A stretch of DNA of 64,000 nt from Schizochytrium sp. TIO01 (taxonomy: Eukaryota > Protista > Bigyra: Labyrinthulomycetes), in contig SMSO01000037.1 in assembly GCA_004764695.1 (NCBI GenBank), positions 3,696,747 through 3,760,746 on the forward strand, written 5' to 3'. A model generated the notes under the pieces. The model worked only from the letters and a program-made list of their open reading frames with translations, was not told where the DNA came from and made no database searches. Of this stretch, positions 36,185 through 48,500 are shown piece by piece; position 1 is the first letter of the stretch; each line of letters begins with the position of its first letter. Both the position numbers and the translations under genes were made by a program.

Positions 36185-36784
36185 GGGAAGGAATGACAGG
36201 ATTACTGACCTCGAAAACTCTTCGCATCACTCACCATCAAATGCAGGAACAGAAAACAAAAAGCGGAGGGAAAAAGTTCACTCACGAAAGGGAATGAATG
36301 ACCAAATGAATGACCAGATGGCAGGACCACAGCGCGAAGAGAGCAAAGAGAAGCCAGCCGCCAGTTAGTTCTGCACCCTCGTTAACCATTGCTTGCGATC
36401 GACGCGACTATCGAAGGGCGCGAAATGCCTTCTTCTGTGGTTTATTTGCCATAGTACTTGCGAGAGTTCTGCTGTGCACACCACAAAAACAAAAGAGAGC
36501 GCCGCTTTGACGATGTTAAGAGCTTCGAAAGCAATGAATGAGTGGATGGATGGATGGAGATGGATGGATGGATGGATGGATGGATCGATAGGTATGCGTT
36601 TACAAAGAGCGCTCCAAGCCTGTGATGCTCTTGGATAAGCAGCAGCACTACTACTACCGGCAGCCTGAAAGCGGAGGCTTCGTTTGTGTGAGAACCAGAG
36701 CCAGGCTGCCACCGTTTCACCCGCGAGGAGGTGCTCGCTCGCCACTGTCTCTAGCTACGTACGCACTTGCTGCTTCTTGGACCA

Positions 36785-37036
36785 TTTGTTTGTTTGTTTG
36801 TTTGTTTGTTTGTTTGTTTGTTTGTTTGTTTGTTTGTTTGTTTGTTTGTTTGTTTGTTTGTTTGTTTGTTTGTTTGTTTGTTTGTTTGTTTGTTTGTTTG
36901 TTTGTTTGTTTTGTTTGTTTGTTTGTTTGTTTGTTTGTTTGTTTGTTTGTTTGTTTGTTTGTTTGTTTTGTTTTGTTTTGTTTTGTTTTGTTTTGTTTTG
37001 TTTTGTTTTGTTTTGTTTTGTTTTGTTTTGTTTTGT
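36785..37036. repeat. Compound (TTTG)n then (TTTTG)n microsatellite, ~250 bp
   Basis: Directly visible; the unit switches from 4 to 5 nt at ~36965. Confidence 0.97.
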
Positions 37037-38096
37037 CTTATTTTGTGTGTTAATATCTGTTTGATTACTTACTTGTGTATTTACTGGGTCTCCATCTTCC
37101 GCATCATTCGGTGGCTCATCTTCTTCCTGCCTTTTGCCACCGTGGTAAGTAGGTAGCTAGATAAGTAGGCAGTAGTAGCAGCAGCTAGCAGCTAGCTAGC
37201 TAGCTGTCTCCAGAGCTAAGGCATTTAAAGAGCGACAGAGTGGAAAGCAGAGGAAAGACGGGCCTTTCCCTCGCTCTGACCCTTTTCTCTCAAGCACCTA
37301 TACCAGTCTATCCACGCAGGCAGGCATCTCCGTGCAACTTCAGTCTAATCCTTTTGTTCTGACGCCTTCGTGGTTATTCTTTCTCATTTGGGTGGTGCCC
37401 GTGAAAGTTCTTTTCTTGCGCCTTCCATCCCTCCAAGTTCAAGTGAACTTTTCTTTGAAATTGTTTTTATATTTCTTTTAAAATAAAACTGAACATAACT
37501 AGCGCCGTAATAAGATGAAGAAGTGAAAAGAAAATGGAGGGCAAAGGAGAACTCGACGTGACTCTCTCCTGAAAATCCATCGACCTAACCACCGCCGTGT
37601 TCACACGCAGGCTCTCGTGCCAACCAACAGGAGAGCGCTTTGGGCCCTTCCAGCGTCTGAGAACAGGTCTGAGGCAGACCAGCCTGCCACGGGTCACCAA
37701 GAATGGCTCAGATTGCAGTGTGGTCGCTCACGTGAGAGTAAAGTAAAACTGAAGCAATGCATTTGCTCTTTAGTGTGAAAGAGAAAATGAGCGAGAGGGA
37801 CCCCTCTGTGTAGGTAGGTGGTTAGGTGATAGAGACTAGGTAGGACCATGCGTAGAAGACCTGCGTAGAAGACCTGTGAAAAACTTGGGTAAAACCGCCG
37901 CCGATGCGAAGAGTGACGATGGCTGCGGAAACAGCCAACCAACCAACACTCGCTACTCGCTCTTGGAGAATGGGCAGCCAAGGCGACGGGCCTGATTGAA
38001 TGCTCGCTCCTGGCGATACGATCGCAGAATTGGCGATGGCAAGAAAGCCTCGGGACTCAAGTTTTGACGTCTGTTCAACGGGCCTTGGAAAGATCT

Positions 38097-38098
38097 GA

Positions 38099-38130
<32 letters not shown>

Positions 38131-38200
38131 AAAAATCCAAGAAAGAACTATTAAAGAAAGAAAGAAAGAACTATTAAAGAAAGAAAGAACTATTAAAGAA
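38097..38200. repeat. (AAAG)n with three AAAGAACTATT higher-order units
   Basis: Directly visible. Confidence 0.85.
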
Positions 38201-38975
38201 GTGCGGGAAGTCAAGAAGGACCTGCGAGTTGGGAGACACGTCCCCGCACAGGCTATCGTATACATTGGAATAGAGTCTCAAGATAGGATAGGATAGCTTG
38301 TCACGGAATGTGCATTGTTTGCGGGAAAGATGGGACAAGGACTAAAGCACTCGCAATCGCGTGTCCGGAAAACCTGAAGCTTGTGCAGCTTCTATGGGCA
38401 GGTCTCCTCAGAGGACCAGGTGAAGCATAACCTTGGGTGAATAGATGAATAGATGAAAAGCAGAGATTCACTGGAAAGCTTTTCGCCACGAACGCGGCAC
38501 CGCCAAAAGCAAGAACACAAAAGAAGATATTCTCCTAGATATTTCAGGGAGCTTCAAAGTCGAACGCGGCCTTTGCGAAGCGCTTCCCACCGGGGACAAA
38601 GAGGCTGGGCGTGGTGCTGGTCGGTAGATACTGGGCCGCTTCCCAGGTATCCGTCCATCCACCAGCACCAGCAAAATGGGAAAAGGTTTCCATGGCTGTT
38701 TAGATCAAAAACAAGCCGCGCTGTAGCAGACAACTTTGACTTGTCATATTTCGTAATCAAGCACAAACCCACAAGATATTCTGTAGACACGCCAAGAAGA
38801 TCACCTTGAGAAAGGAGTATGGTGAACTTCTGAACTTCTGAACGCTTATTACGACGACGACGATGACGATGACGACGACGATCAGCAGCAGCATGGACAA
38901 GGGATGCTTAAGGTCAATGAAGAGAAATCTTCTTATTTACGTGGTAGAGTAGATTGATTGCATACGTACACTTAT

Positions 38976-39320
38976 TTAGAGGTCCACAGGCATGAGGGTG
39001 TAGGTCTGGGTCTCAATCTGAGAGACACCCTCGATCTCCTTGGCCTTGGCGAGGAAGACCTCCTCAGGGCCGAAGGAGCTCTCAGCCCACTCGTTGAAGG
39101 ACTCGGCATCAAGGCTGATGATGACACGGATGTCCATGCAGCCACCGCAGACCATGCGCTGGACCTGCTTAAGGCCCTTGATCTGCTTGATGTTGGGCTT
39201 GACCTCGTCGATGAGCTTCTGGAGAGCGACAAGGGAGGCCTTGTCGTTGTCCGGAGACCACTTCATGCGCCACTCGCGGGCGATGGTGTCAAAAGACACG
39301 CCTTCGCAGATTTCGGGCAT
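38976..39320 (-). CDS. Small (114 aa) protein with CGGC (CxxC) motif, function unknown
   Basis: ATG at 39320 with strong C/G-ending codon bias. Globular alpha/beta pattern FDTIAREWRMKW..VQRMVCGGCMDIRVII..IETQTYTLM. Confidence 0.8.
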   Translation of the reverse strand: MPEICEGVSFDTIAREWRMKWSPDNDKASLVALQKLIDEVKPNIKQIKGLKQVQRMVCGGCMDIRVIISLDAESFNEWAESSFGPEEVFLAKAKEIEGVSQIETQTYTLMPVDL

Positions 39321-42300
39321 CTTAGCTTGGCTACTTGGGTGTAAAACTTGCAACAGGTGCTTGTCAATTGTGGGTTTGCTGATGATCCAAACTTGAGCTC
39401 ACAATCATATCAATATCCATCAATCGATCTGACTTATTTTAAGGAGGTATCTATCTATCTATCCGTCTAAGAGTAGTTAGGTAGGTACATGGCCAAGGCT
39501 CCCGTGGGAATCATTATCACCTACGCGACTCCTAGCGTCACTACTACAGAGGCTTTTCGAGCAAGAGGATTGAAAATGTTCTCGATCCGTCGCCAAGCAA
39601 AGATAAAGGCTGGAGAAACTTGCTCGCCTGAGTGGCACAAATCTATACATGGTACACAGCATGCTTAGGCGCCTTTATAGCTGTTCCCGAAGATTAAGAT
39701 ACGCGCGCACTAAAGCCGGCAAATAAGCGAGATTGGATAACTTGAGGGTATTGGAATCATACAGGTTTAGTGTAGGCGCCTACGCTCCACCCAGCATCCC
39801 GGCGCAAGCTCTGCGAAGATATGTGAGAACGCACCCCGCGCGCTGATTGCTTGGAGGATTGTTGTGGGAGGGCACAGCATGTGGCAAACATGCTCTGGAT
39901 ATCCTGGCAAGCGGGATGGAGCTCGTATCAGGGTCGCCAAAACCAATTGTGCCGAAGGTCGGTGTGGTAGGAAAGCGGCGCGAAGCTCTCGATCTCTCAT
40001 CACAGTCAGAATTTCTAGGTAAGTAGAGGTACGAGAGGCTCAGTGAAAATTCGAGAGAGCAAGCTTGCAGTTCGAGTGTAGAGAACTGTGAAGAAGCGTC
40101 ATAGTTGCGGAAACCTTATGTACGATATCAAACCAGCTTAGACTTCGAAAGATCGTATCGCGGCAGGATACAGTTTCGCCCTGACATTAAACTCTTTAGC
40201 TTCCTTAGCACAAACTATGCACCGTTTAGATAGCACATGGGCCTGAGCAGGAGCGAAAGTTTGACAAGAGTTCCTATCGATAGCGCCAACAAACACCATT
40301 TCAGTCCGTGCCAAGCGCTTATACACTTACAGTACAATCTTACACATTGTAGATACTGGCAGGTATTATTCAACTCGAAGTTTTGTTAGAAAATCGCTTT
40401 TGTCATGAATAAAGATACATTCCATGAAACACCAAAGTGAACATTTGCAGAAGGCTCTGCAATAACCAGTTTAGGGTAGCTGATGCTTCTCTTTATCAAA
40501 TGCTTCTTCAGTGGACGACAATACGTGATTGATCGCACGTCAGCCGATACTCACGTACACAAACGCCACAAGCGGCAAAAGCTTCTTTAGAACACTACTA
40601 GAATTATTTCAGCCGGCAAAACTACCCACAATTCAGAGTCCAGCTAAATTTCTTAGTTCAAAAACATTACAGATATGCGAGATATCTTTGTTTCACAATG
40701 GACAACTTAGCCCTAATAGACGCAGACATTGCAGCGCATGAAGAAATGCATGAACATTCAGAGAAAAGATACCTTCAGTAACCACAGACAAAGCGGTTGC
40801 TTGATAGAAAATTTCGGTCAAAACCATGCGAGTTAGCCTTTCCATAGCATGCAAAGTCTATAGCATATGCTAGAGGGTTTTATTGTTTTGTCAGCACGGA
40901 GAATTCAATCGCCAATAACGAACTCATCTCCAGGCGCCCCTTTTGTAAACCTTCGAGAGGAAAAGTGCTCCTCTCTCTCCCCTATATGTATAATCATTCT
41001 AAAGTAACCAACGTTTGGTGTTCTCTCTCGTCGGTAGGGAGATCTACAAGATATTGTGAAGCATCGATGAGCCAGCTCCTTTCTAACGCAGGTATTCTGA
41101 ACCTTTAAAGGTATGATGCGGCCCCACTATGCTACATGAAGATCACATACTACTTCCGGGCGCTAAAACACAATTAAAATGAGGTAACATATGACGAAGT
41201 AGAATAGTATACTCATATTTTAATCTTAACTCTTTAAGATGTGTATAATCCAAGCCTTTAGGCTTTCTGTGATCCGAGAAAAGTGAATTCAAAGTGAAGC
41301 CATAACCAGTCTTCATAGAGTGTTCTATGTTCATGTGAGTTTAGGTTCCGTTATGTATGTGAGATAGATATTGTGGGGTTTAGATTACGCACGTCTGTGA
41401 TTTATTTTGTGTAAGCTTTGAGCATATCGAAGTTAATAGGAAGGCGCAGACCGTTTACTATGACTACTTGTTTTGCAACTCATTAAAATTATAATCTGTA
41501 TGGTTGTCTCCATGAGTAAGGGCCCTTAAGTAGTACCTGACATGTACGCAAGCCAAATAAGAATTTTGAAACAAAAAAGAACTTCTAGATAGCACGCAGA
41601 GCAAAGAAGCTTCATAAACTTATCACTTCAAATATACATTTTATAGCTCATTATTATTCAGTCTCGGCAACTAAATGCGAGCAGTAAACATGTGTATCAG
41701 ACAGAAAAAAACACCATCCATGGGGACGCAGAAATGATTACAGGCTTTTGGAGAAGAACAATGAGTTGAAGATACCAAGACCTTAGGGATATAAATGAGA
41801 TAAAGGTGAGCATACCAAGCCAATCAATTCTAATTAAGGTTTATTCTGCATGAGATATATCCTTTGGCTTGAGCTTTTACCGAAGTACAAAGATAGATTA
41901 GAGCAGCCAAAAGCGCCTTGTCTATTAAAAGTGCGAGAAACCATATTGTGGCTAATACAGAGCCTAGGCACTTCCACCCAAGCGCGATAAAAGACACACG
42001 CGATATGTTCTTTGTTCACACAGCGGCACCCCGGGACGCTGGTTAAGCCAGATTTTTGCGAGAGTATTTATTTTAAAGAAAATACAAACCAATTTTGTCT
42101 GTCTGTTTGTCGCAACTCGCTGCTTATAGTAAAAACAAAGTCGTGGTTGTACCTCAGGCTAACGCAGATCGAGATGTTGCCCTCCAGGCCATTGGAGTTT
42201 TTAGCCTTGCACAATGCTCGTAAGAAACTTCTATGAGCCAGGCATTGGATCTCGCCTCATATAACCCATGTTGCAATACCTTCCACGAGACGACTATGGG

Positions 42301-43133
42301 TCGTTTGTCTTGCTTGCATCACATAAAACCATCCCGATACCCGAGTGCCTCGCCAATTACCTGAAGCACCGTCATAATGTCCCCGCGATGACGCTCATTC
42401 GCTTCAAGTTTCCTCATTGCAAAAAGTTAGTACGTAAACCCATCGCTAACTTTAACTTTCGAGGCCCTCACTTATCACTCCTCAAGTCGCTAATCCCTGG
42501 CTATCCTTTTCTCCAAGACTGTCACTTAGGCCGATCTTTTTATTTAGCCTGGACCTATATTACTTAGTAAAAAGTTATTCTCTTTCTTTTCTTTTTTCTC
42601 CTTTTTTCTAAAACTACCTACCAGTAACATTAGTATTAGGCCTCTATCGAATCAAGTATGATAGTAAAACACACGAGGTTAACACTGTTCATAGTCCTAA
42701 GCTTTTGGTAAAGGGCACTATTGCTGTATAATATTCAGGTGTGTACTCGGTACAAGCTGCGGATTAAAAACTGAAAAGGACTGTTGCTCCAAAGAAGGTC
42801 CCGTAATCTGCGTCAAATGCTCCAAAGCAAAACCCTAATCACCACCCAAACGAACGAGGCTGCCACAAGTCACTTGTGCGGGCTTTGGGACCCTGTGTCC
42901 GGAGATCTGTCTAGGGCGGCCCAAGGGAGCACTACCAGAGCAGGGCTAGTTGAAGAAGGGGCTTCACTGATTCGAGTGCAAGCGTCCCCGAAGAAGCCAA
43001 GGCCAAGAATTTGGGCTCTTTGCAACTGAGGGTCAAATGATGCAAGATATGCAGCAAAAGGAGGGGATCGGCCAGGATATAGAGCGAGCAGAGATCCCAA
43101 TCGAGGTGCGGAACCTAGCCGGAGGAGATCAGG

Positions 43134-45169
43134 ATGTTGATACGGGTTTGCAAAACGCCAAGTGCAAGGAACAAACCCCCAATGAAAACCTTACCACCTC
43201 TCGAAACTAGAAACAAAGGTAAACCACGGGCAAAACTTGTTCTCGGCCGCGCGGTATATAAAGTTAACAAAGGAAAGACCACAATTCTGAACAATGTATC
43301 TGTTAGCGTGACAACCGGAGAGCTTGTTGCGGTGATGGGGTCAAGCGGCTGCGGTAAGACTACCATGGTCAACCTGATGACTGGAGTCAACCCACTATCA
43401 GAAGGGCAAATTATGCTTAACGGTTCACCAGTAGCACAGAAAGTTCTTCGAAGTACTGTGATTTATGTACCTCAAGATGACCTCCTCCTTCATACCATGA
43501 CAACGTACGAAGCCGTCTTGGAAGCAACAAAATTTAACAACTCCGATGGAGCAAGCAAAGAAGAGCTTGAAGTAAAAGTAAATAGTCTCTTGAGGAAATT
43601 CAACCTTCATGAGTGCCGAGATGTTCGTATTGGCAGCGCAGAAACGAAAAAGGGCCTCTCAGGGGGTCAGCGAAAGCGCCTTTGCATTGCCCTAGAAATG
43701 ATCTCGTCCAAGTCTTTTCTCATCCTCGACGAGCCAACTTCAGGCCTTGACTCTGCTTCAGCAAAATCAGTTGTTTCCGTCTTGCGCAAAACAGCAAATG
43801 AAGGCACTGGTATTTTAGCTACCATTCACTCCCCCTCGGCAGATATTTTCTTCAAATTTGACAAAGTCCTGCTCCTTGTGAAAGGCCAAATGGCTTACTT
43901 TGGGAAAACAAAGAACATGATCGATTTCTTCAGTGAAGTTGGCTTTACATGCCCCGAATACACAAACCCCGCCGATTGGGCTATTGACTTGCTCACCATT
44001 AATCAAGAGTTCGATACGGAGATAGATGAAGAACGTGTTCTAAAGATTGTTCAGCAGGCCACGCCAATTGAGGTTGTTCACGGAACAGGGTATCAAGCAC
44101 ACGTACGTTCTGAAGAGCAACAACCAAAGTCCGCATCAGTTCTTCCCAATGCAAAACCAAGTGAGGATGAAGGGGGGGCAGAATCTACGATATCCACTCG
44201 CGATTCTTCGCAGTTGTCTACGTATGGTGGAGTTGAAAAACATAAAATGCTTCCCCTTATGTCCCAAGTGGTAATTCTCTTACAGCGTAATTTTCTCCAT
44301 ATGAGGCGTGAACCCTCTCTAGGCCGTGCGCGCTTTGGTTCTCATATCATCATTGGCATTGTTATTGGAATTCTATATTTCGAAATATCAAGCACAGCAG
44401 CATCTGTACCAGAGCGCATTGCCCTGAACCTGTTTTGCTTGATTTTCCTCATGCTTACGTGTGCCCTACCCACGGTCATTACGTTTCTACCTGAACGTGC
44501 AGTCTTCATTAAAGAACAGCGCAATCGCCGGTACTCGGTCTCTGCCTTTTATATCGCAAAAACGCTTAGCGATTTACCACTGCAGCTCATTCCGGCCTTT
44601 ATTTTCTTCACCATCGTGTATTTCATGTCAAAATATGGTGGCGAAGACTTGGATGGAGAACGGTATGGGTACTTTCTTCTTACTCTTTTGATGCATGTGC
44701 TAACGGTGCATTCATGGGCAACTTTTATTGCTTGCATAGCTTCTAGTTTGAGTGTAGCCATTTTTCTTGTGCCAATTTCTTTTGTAAGTTTTTCAAATGA
44801 TGACAGGTCGCAAATTGATTTTTTACTAACTTTTATACATTCTTTAATTCACCACTTCAGATGCCAATGCTTCTGTTGATGGGCTTTTTTAAGCCAGTAG
44901 ATGAAATTTCATGGATCCTACGATGGGCTAGTTATTTTCCTAATTTTTTCACTCCTGTGTGGCAGATGGTTAACATTGCTGGTTTCATCGATTTTGAGTT
45001 TACTGGAAGTTCTGGGACCTATGTCAATGGTAATCAGGTGCTTGAATATCGTCTGAGCATTGAAAGTACTTGGAACGAGTACTGGATCTCCTTTGGATGG
45101 CTCACTGCCCTGTTAATCCTCATTCGAATTCTATCTTATGTAGCTTTGGTGAAACTTCAAATCAATTAA
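43134..45169 (+). CDS. ABCG (White-type) half transporter; exons 43134-44783 and 44861-45169
   Basis: Walker A GSSGCGKTT, signature LSGGQRKR, Walker B ILDEPTSGLDS, NPADW and a C-terminal TMD. The 77-nt phase-0 intron 44784-44860 (GTAAGT..TTCAG) joins the two ORFs. The start codon is uncertain. Confidence 0.9.
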
Positions 45170-45566
45170 GATGATATTCATTTAGATGTTTATCTAGTAT
45201 TTCGTGACGACATACCAATGGTACAGACTAGGCAACTGGAAACAATGCGGCAGATGGTTGTTTTGTCCAGGCTCATGTTTAGTTGAAATCCGAAGGTCTA
45301 TAGAAAGCTGCAAGCATCACAATATACCTCTCAAGTGATACTTCAACAGAGATCTCAAATGATGACGTGGACACAACCTCTCGTGCAGTGTGTGTAAACA
45401 TCCGTAGCTCTTACTTAGCAGATATATAATGCTGAACGAGGGCATAAACCTAATTTAGACTTCAGAATACATCAACCGCTGTAAATTATGTCATTCATTT
45501 TATTCATTACAATAGCTGTATTAAAAGTAGGTTTTCCTAAAGCCCAAAGAAAAATGAAGAAGAAAT

Positions 45567-48500
45567 CTAACCTAAATAATCAATCTCAGCTTGCACTGGT
45601 TCGTCTTGAATTGGAACCACTCGAGTCTCCTCTTTTTCCCGGGAATTTACTCGCGATTTCTCCGGAGCAGACTTTGGCTCATATTTACTATCGTAAACAG
45701 CTGCTCCGCCGGGGATGGAATCCGGCTCGACCTGAGATAGGGACCTTAAAAGAGACTTTTGCTGCGAGGAGGAGGCAAGAAGCTTTCCTAAAACTTTACG
45801 AACATGCTTGATACTTGGTCTTGCGCCGGGATCCCCTTGCATGCAGTCATTCATCAACCCGACATATGCTGAATACTCATCTTTATCTGCGAAAGGAGTA
45901 TGCTCTAGACCGGGGGCCTCCAAACGATAACGCTCCATGCAGACTCTGCGAGCAATCGTTGTAAAATCTTCTCCACGAAACGGATCATCATTTACAAGAA
46001 TCTCCCACATTGTAGCTCCAAAGGAGTAAATGTCTGACTCAGGAATATATTCTTCGGACATAAGCACCTCAGGCGCAGACCATCCTGGAGAACCAAGCTT
46101 TTGCTCCTTCTTTGAAAATATTTTGTGAATGAAATCGAATCCAAAACCTCCAATTTTGGCTGTACAAGCTCTGTTTGTGACACGCATAGTGCCAGCATGG
46201 ATTTTCTGCTTAAAAAGATAAATATTCGATGCGCGTACATTCTTGTGGACGTTCTTGGAAGTTGAATTGTGAAGAAAGTTAAGGCCTGAAGCCACATCAG
46301 AAAGTGCCTGAAATATTACGATGCGATCATCAAATAACCCAGCCGAGGACAAAGAAGTAGAAAACCCTTGAATTTCTGTAATGGTGGCTTCCACACCTGT
46401 ATCTGGAGACTTAAGGTCATCGCCACACGATACTGCAATAAAGTCTTTCAAAAGACCAATGGTTGGCGCCTCATAGACGACTCCAACTTTGCCAGGCTGA
46501 GACCAGCCTCCATACATAACTAGGACATTATTGTGTATCAGTTGAATATTCATGTCCATCTCTGTTGCAAAGGTCTCCTTTAGATCTGTACGAGCACCAA
46601 TTTCAAACATAAGAATATATACATCTGTTGCTTCAGGCTTGGAATCACCAGGTGGCCCTTGAGGCAAACCACCAAAGTTTGCAAAGTTATTTGTTCGCTG
46701 AGAAGCCCCCCCAGTTCGAGCACCAAGCATTGGAAAGATTAAAGAGCCTGTGTGCAAAATGTTATTTTGCGGCGGAGGTGCGTTGCTAGAACTTGGGTTC
46801 GTTTGCATATACCTCTCACTAGGGTTTTTCTGTGCCTTCAAAGCAAATTGAGAAAAGTCCATTGTATCTTCAGCAACGACAGACTGTGTTCGCTTTCCGG
46901 TTCCGACATGAAAATGTCCAAAGTTGGAAAGCATCCCTGTGAGGGAAAGGCGAGCGCCACTTTGACCGAAATTTGCTTTCCTCTGAAACTTGTAGGCTTC
47001 CCCAAGCCATTTACCTTTTCGTATACGCCAGTAGTCGCCTTCCGACACTATATCATTTCTCTCAGGAAAAGTAATGCTTGAAAGGTGATTAATAAACCAG
47101 GGCCTATCGGTAAACTCTTGACTGCGACGATTTTTACCAGATTGCTTTGTGTTACGACGCCTGAGATTTGAGGACTTCGCCTTCGAGGACAGTTGATCTG
47201 GCGCTCCAGATTCAATCCAATCTTGCTGAATCTCAGAAAGCTCCATGGCCACTTCTGACAAAGTTGGGCGTTCCTTAGGATCAGTACGCATGCACCGCAG
47301 AGCAATGTCTTTTATTTTGGAGGGACATGAGTCCACAAATGTGGGTCTTAACCCTTCGTCAACGACTTTAATGGTCACCTCAAAGGGCTGCATGCCCTTA
47401 TATGGCTCGTCAAGGTTCGCAATTTCAGACATAATTACCCCGAAGCTAAAAACATCAGCCTTCTCTGTAAAGGCGTTGCCTTCAATTACTTCTGGAGCAG
47501 TCCATTGCGGCGTACCTGCCCCCTGAGCAGCTGCGGACTTGAAAGGATCAAATTTTTTGACAGTTGATTTGCGAAACATAGACACAGCCGTGCTACTTGA
47601 CGACCCGTGGCCTCCAGACTGATGTTGCACGCCACTCATATTTGTACTTGATGCATGTTTTCTTGAGGATGAGTTTGTTCGTGTTGATACAGAGAGCCCT
47701 TGCCCTGGTCGAAAGAGTTTCGTGGACCCAGAGCCTGAGCTGTCCTGCGGAGCCCCCGAAGGTGCGGGAGGAATGTTGTCAAGACTCAACTGTTGGGTTC
47801 CAGAGGACCTGCGCGAGTTTGCGTCAGAACCATCTGGGCGCGGAAGTATTTCATCTGAATTTGGTCTACGCTTAACAAAGCTACCGCCAAGCTTTCTTGT
47901 TCTTGTAAACATTCGCACAGGAGTTGTAGCTACATTGCTAAGTCTTGCTTGTGGCGAACGATTGCCCTTTTCAGAGCCTGAGTTGCGACGTGGTTTGGGC
48001 GACATTGCATCATCCCAGTACTCTGTTGACTTGCGCAATAGGTGCCTCTTTTTGCCTTTGGATCCAGGTTTTAAGCTGATCATGCCAAAATCTCCAACTT
48101 TGCACATATAGTGTGCACCTAGGAGCAAATTTGGACTTTTTAGATCGTGATGCAACATTCCCATTTCGTGAAGATAGCTCATTCCAAGGCAGCCCTCCAA
48201 CACAATATTCAAACGATCAATCCACGGAAGCTCTGCAGCAAGATAATTCTCAAAGGCCGAACCTGATGTCCCTGCCGGAATGCTCACTGAAGTTCTTTTC
48301 TTCATACCTACACCAGAGGCTTGAGCTTCAGCTTTTCCGCGGATGGATCGAATACAGTCATACAATGACCCCCGCAGGAGTTCTGTTACGATGCAAAGCT
48401 TTGGTTTTTCAAAGCAGGCTCCCATGAAGAGTACCACATTTGGATGTCTTAATTCTTGGAGCACAGCTACCTCCATTACAAAAGCTGTCACAAGAACGCT

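Noticed and set aside
36622-37156. Hydrophobic ORFs (CLFV/FCFVL repeats)
   Set aside because: These are translations of the TTTG/TTTTG microsatellite.
39450-42750. Long spacer as a possible transposon or endogenous virus remnant
   Set aside because: No terminal repeats, target-site duplication, or transposase/RT/viral motifs were seen by eye.
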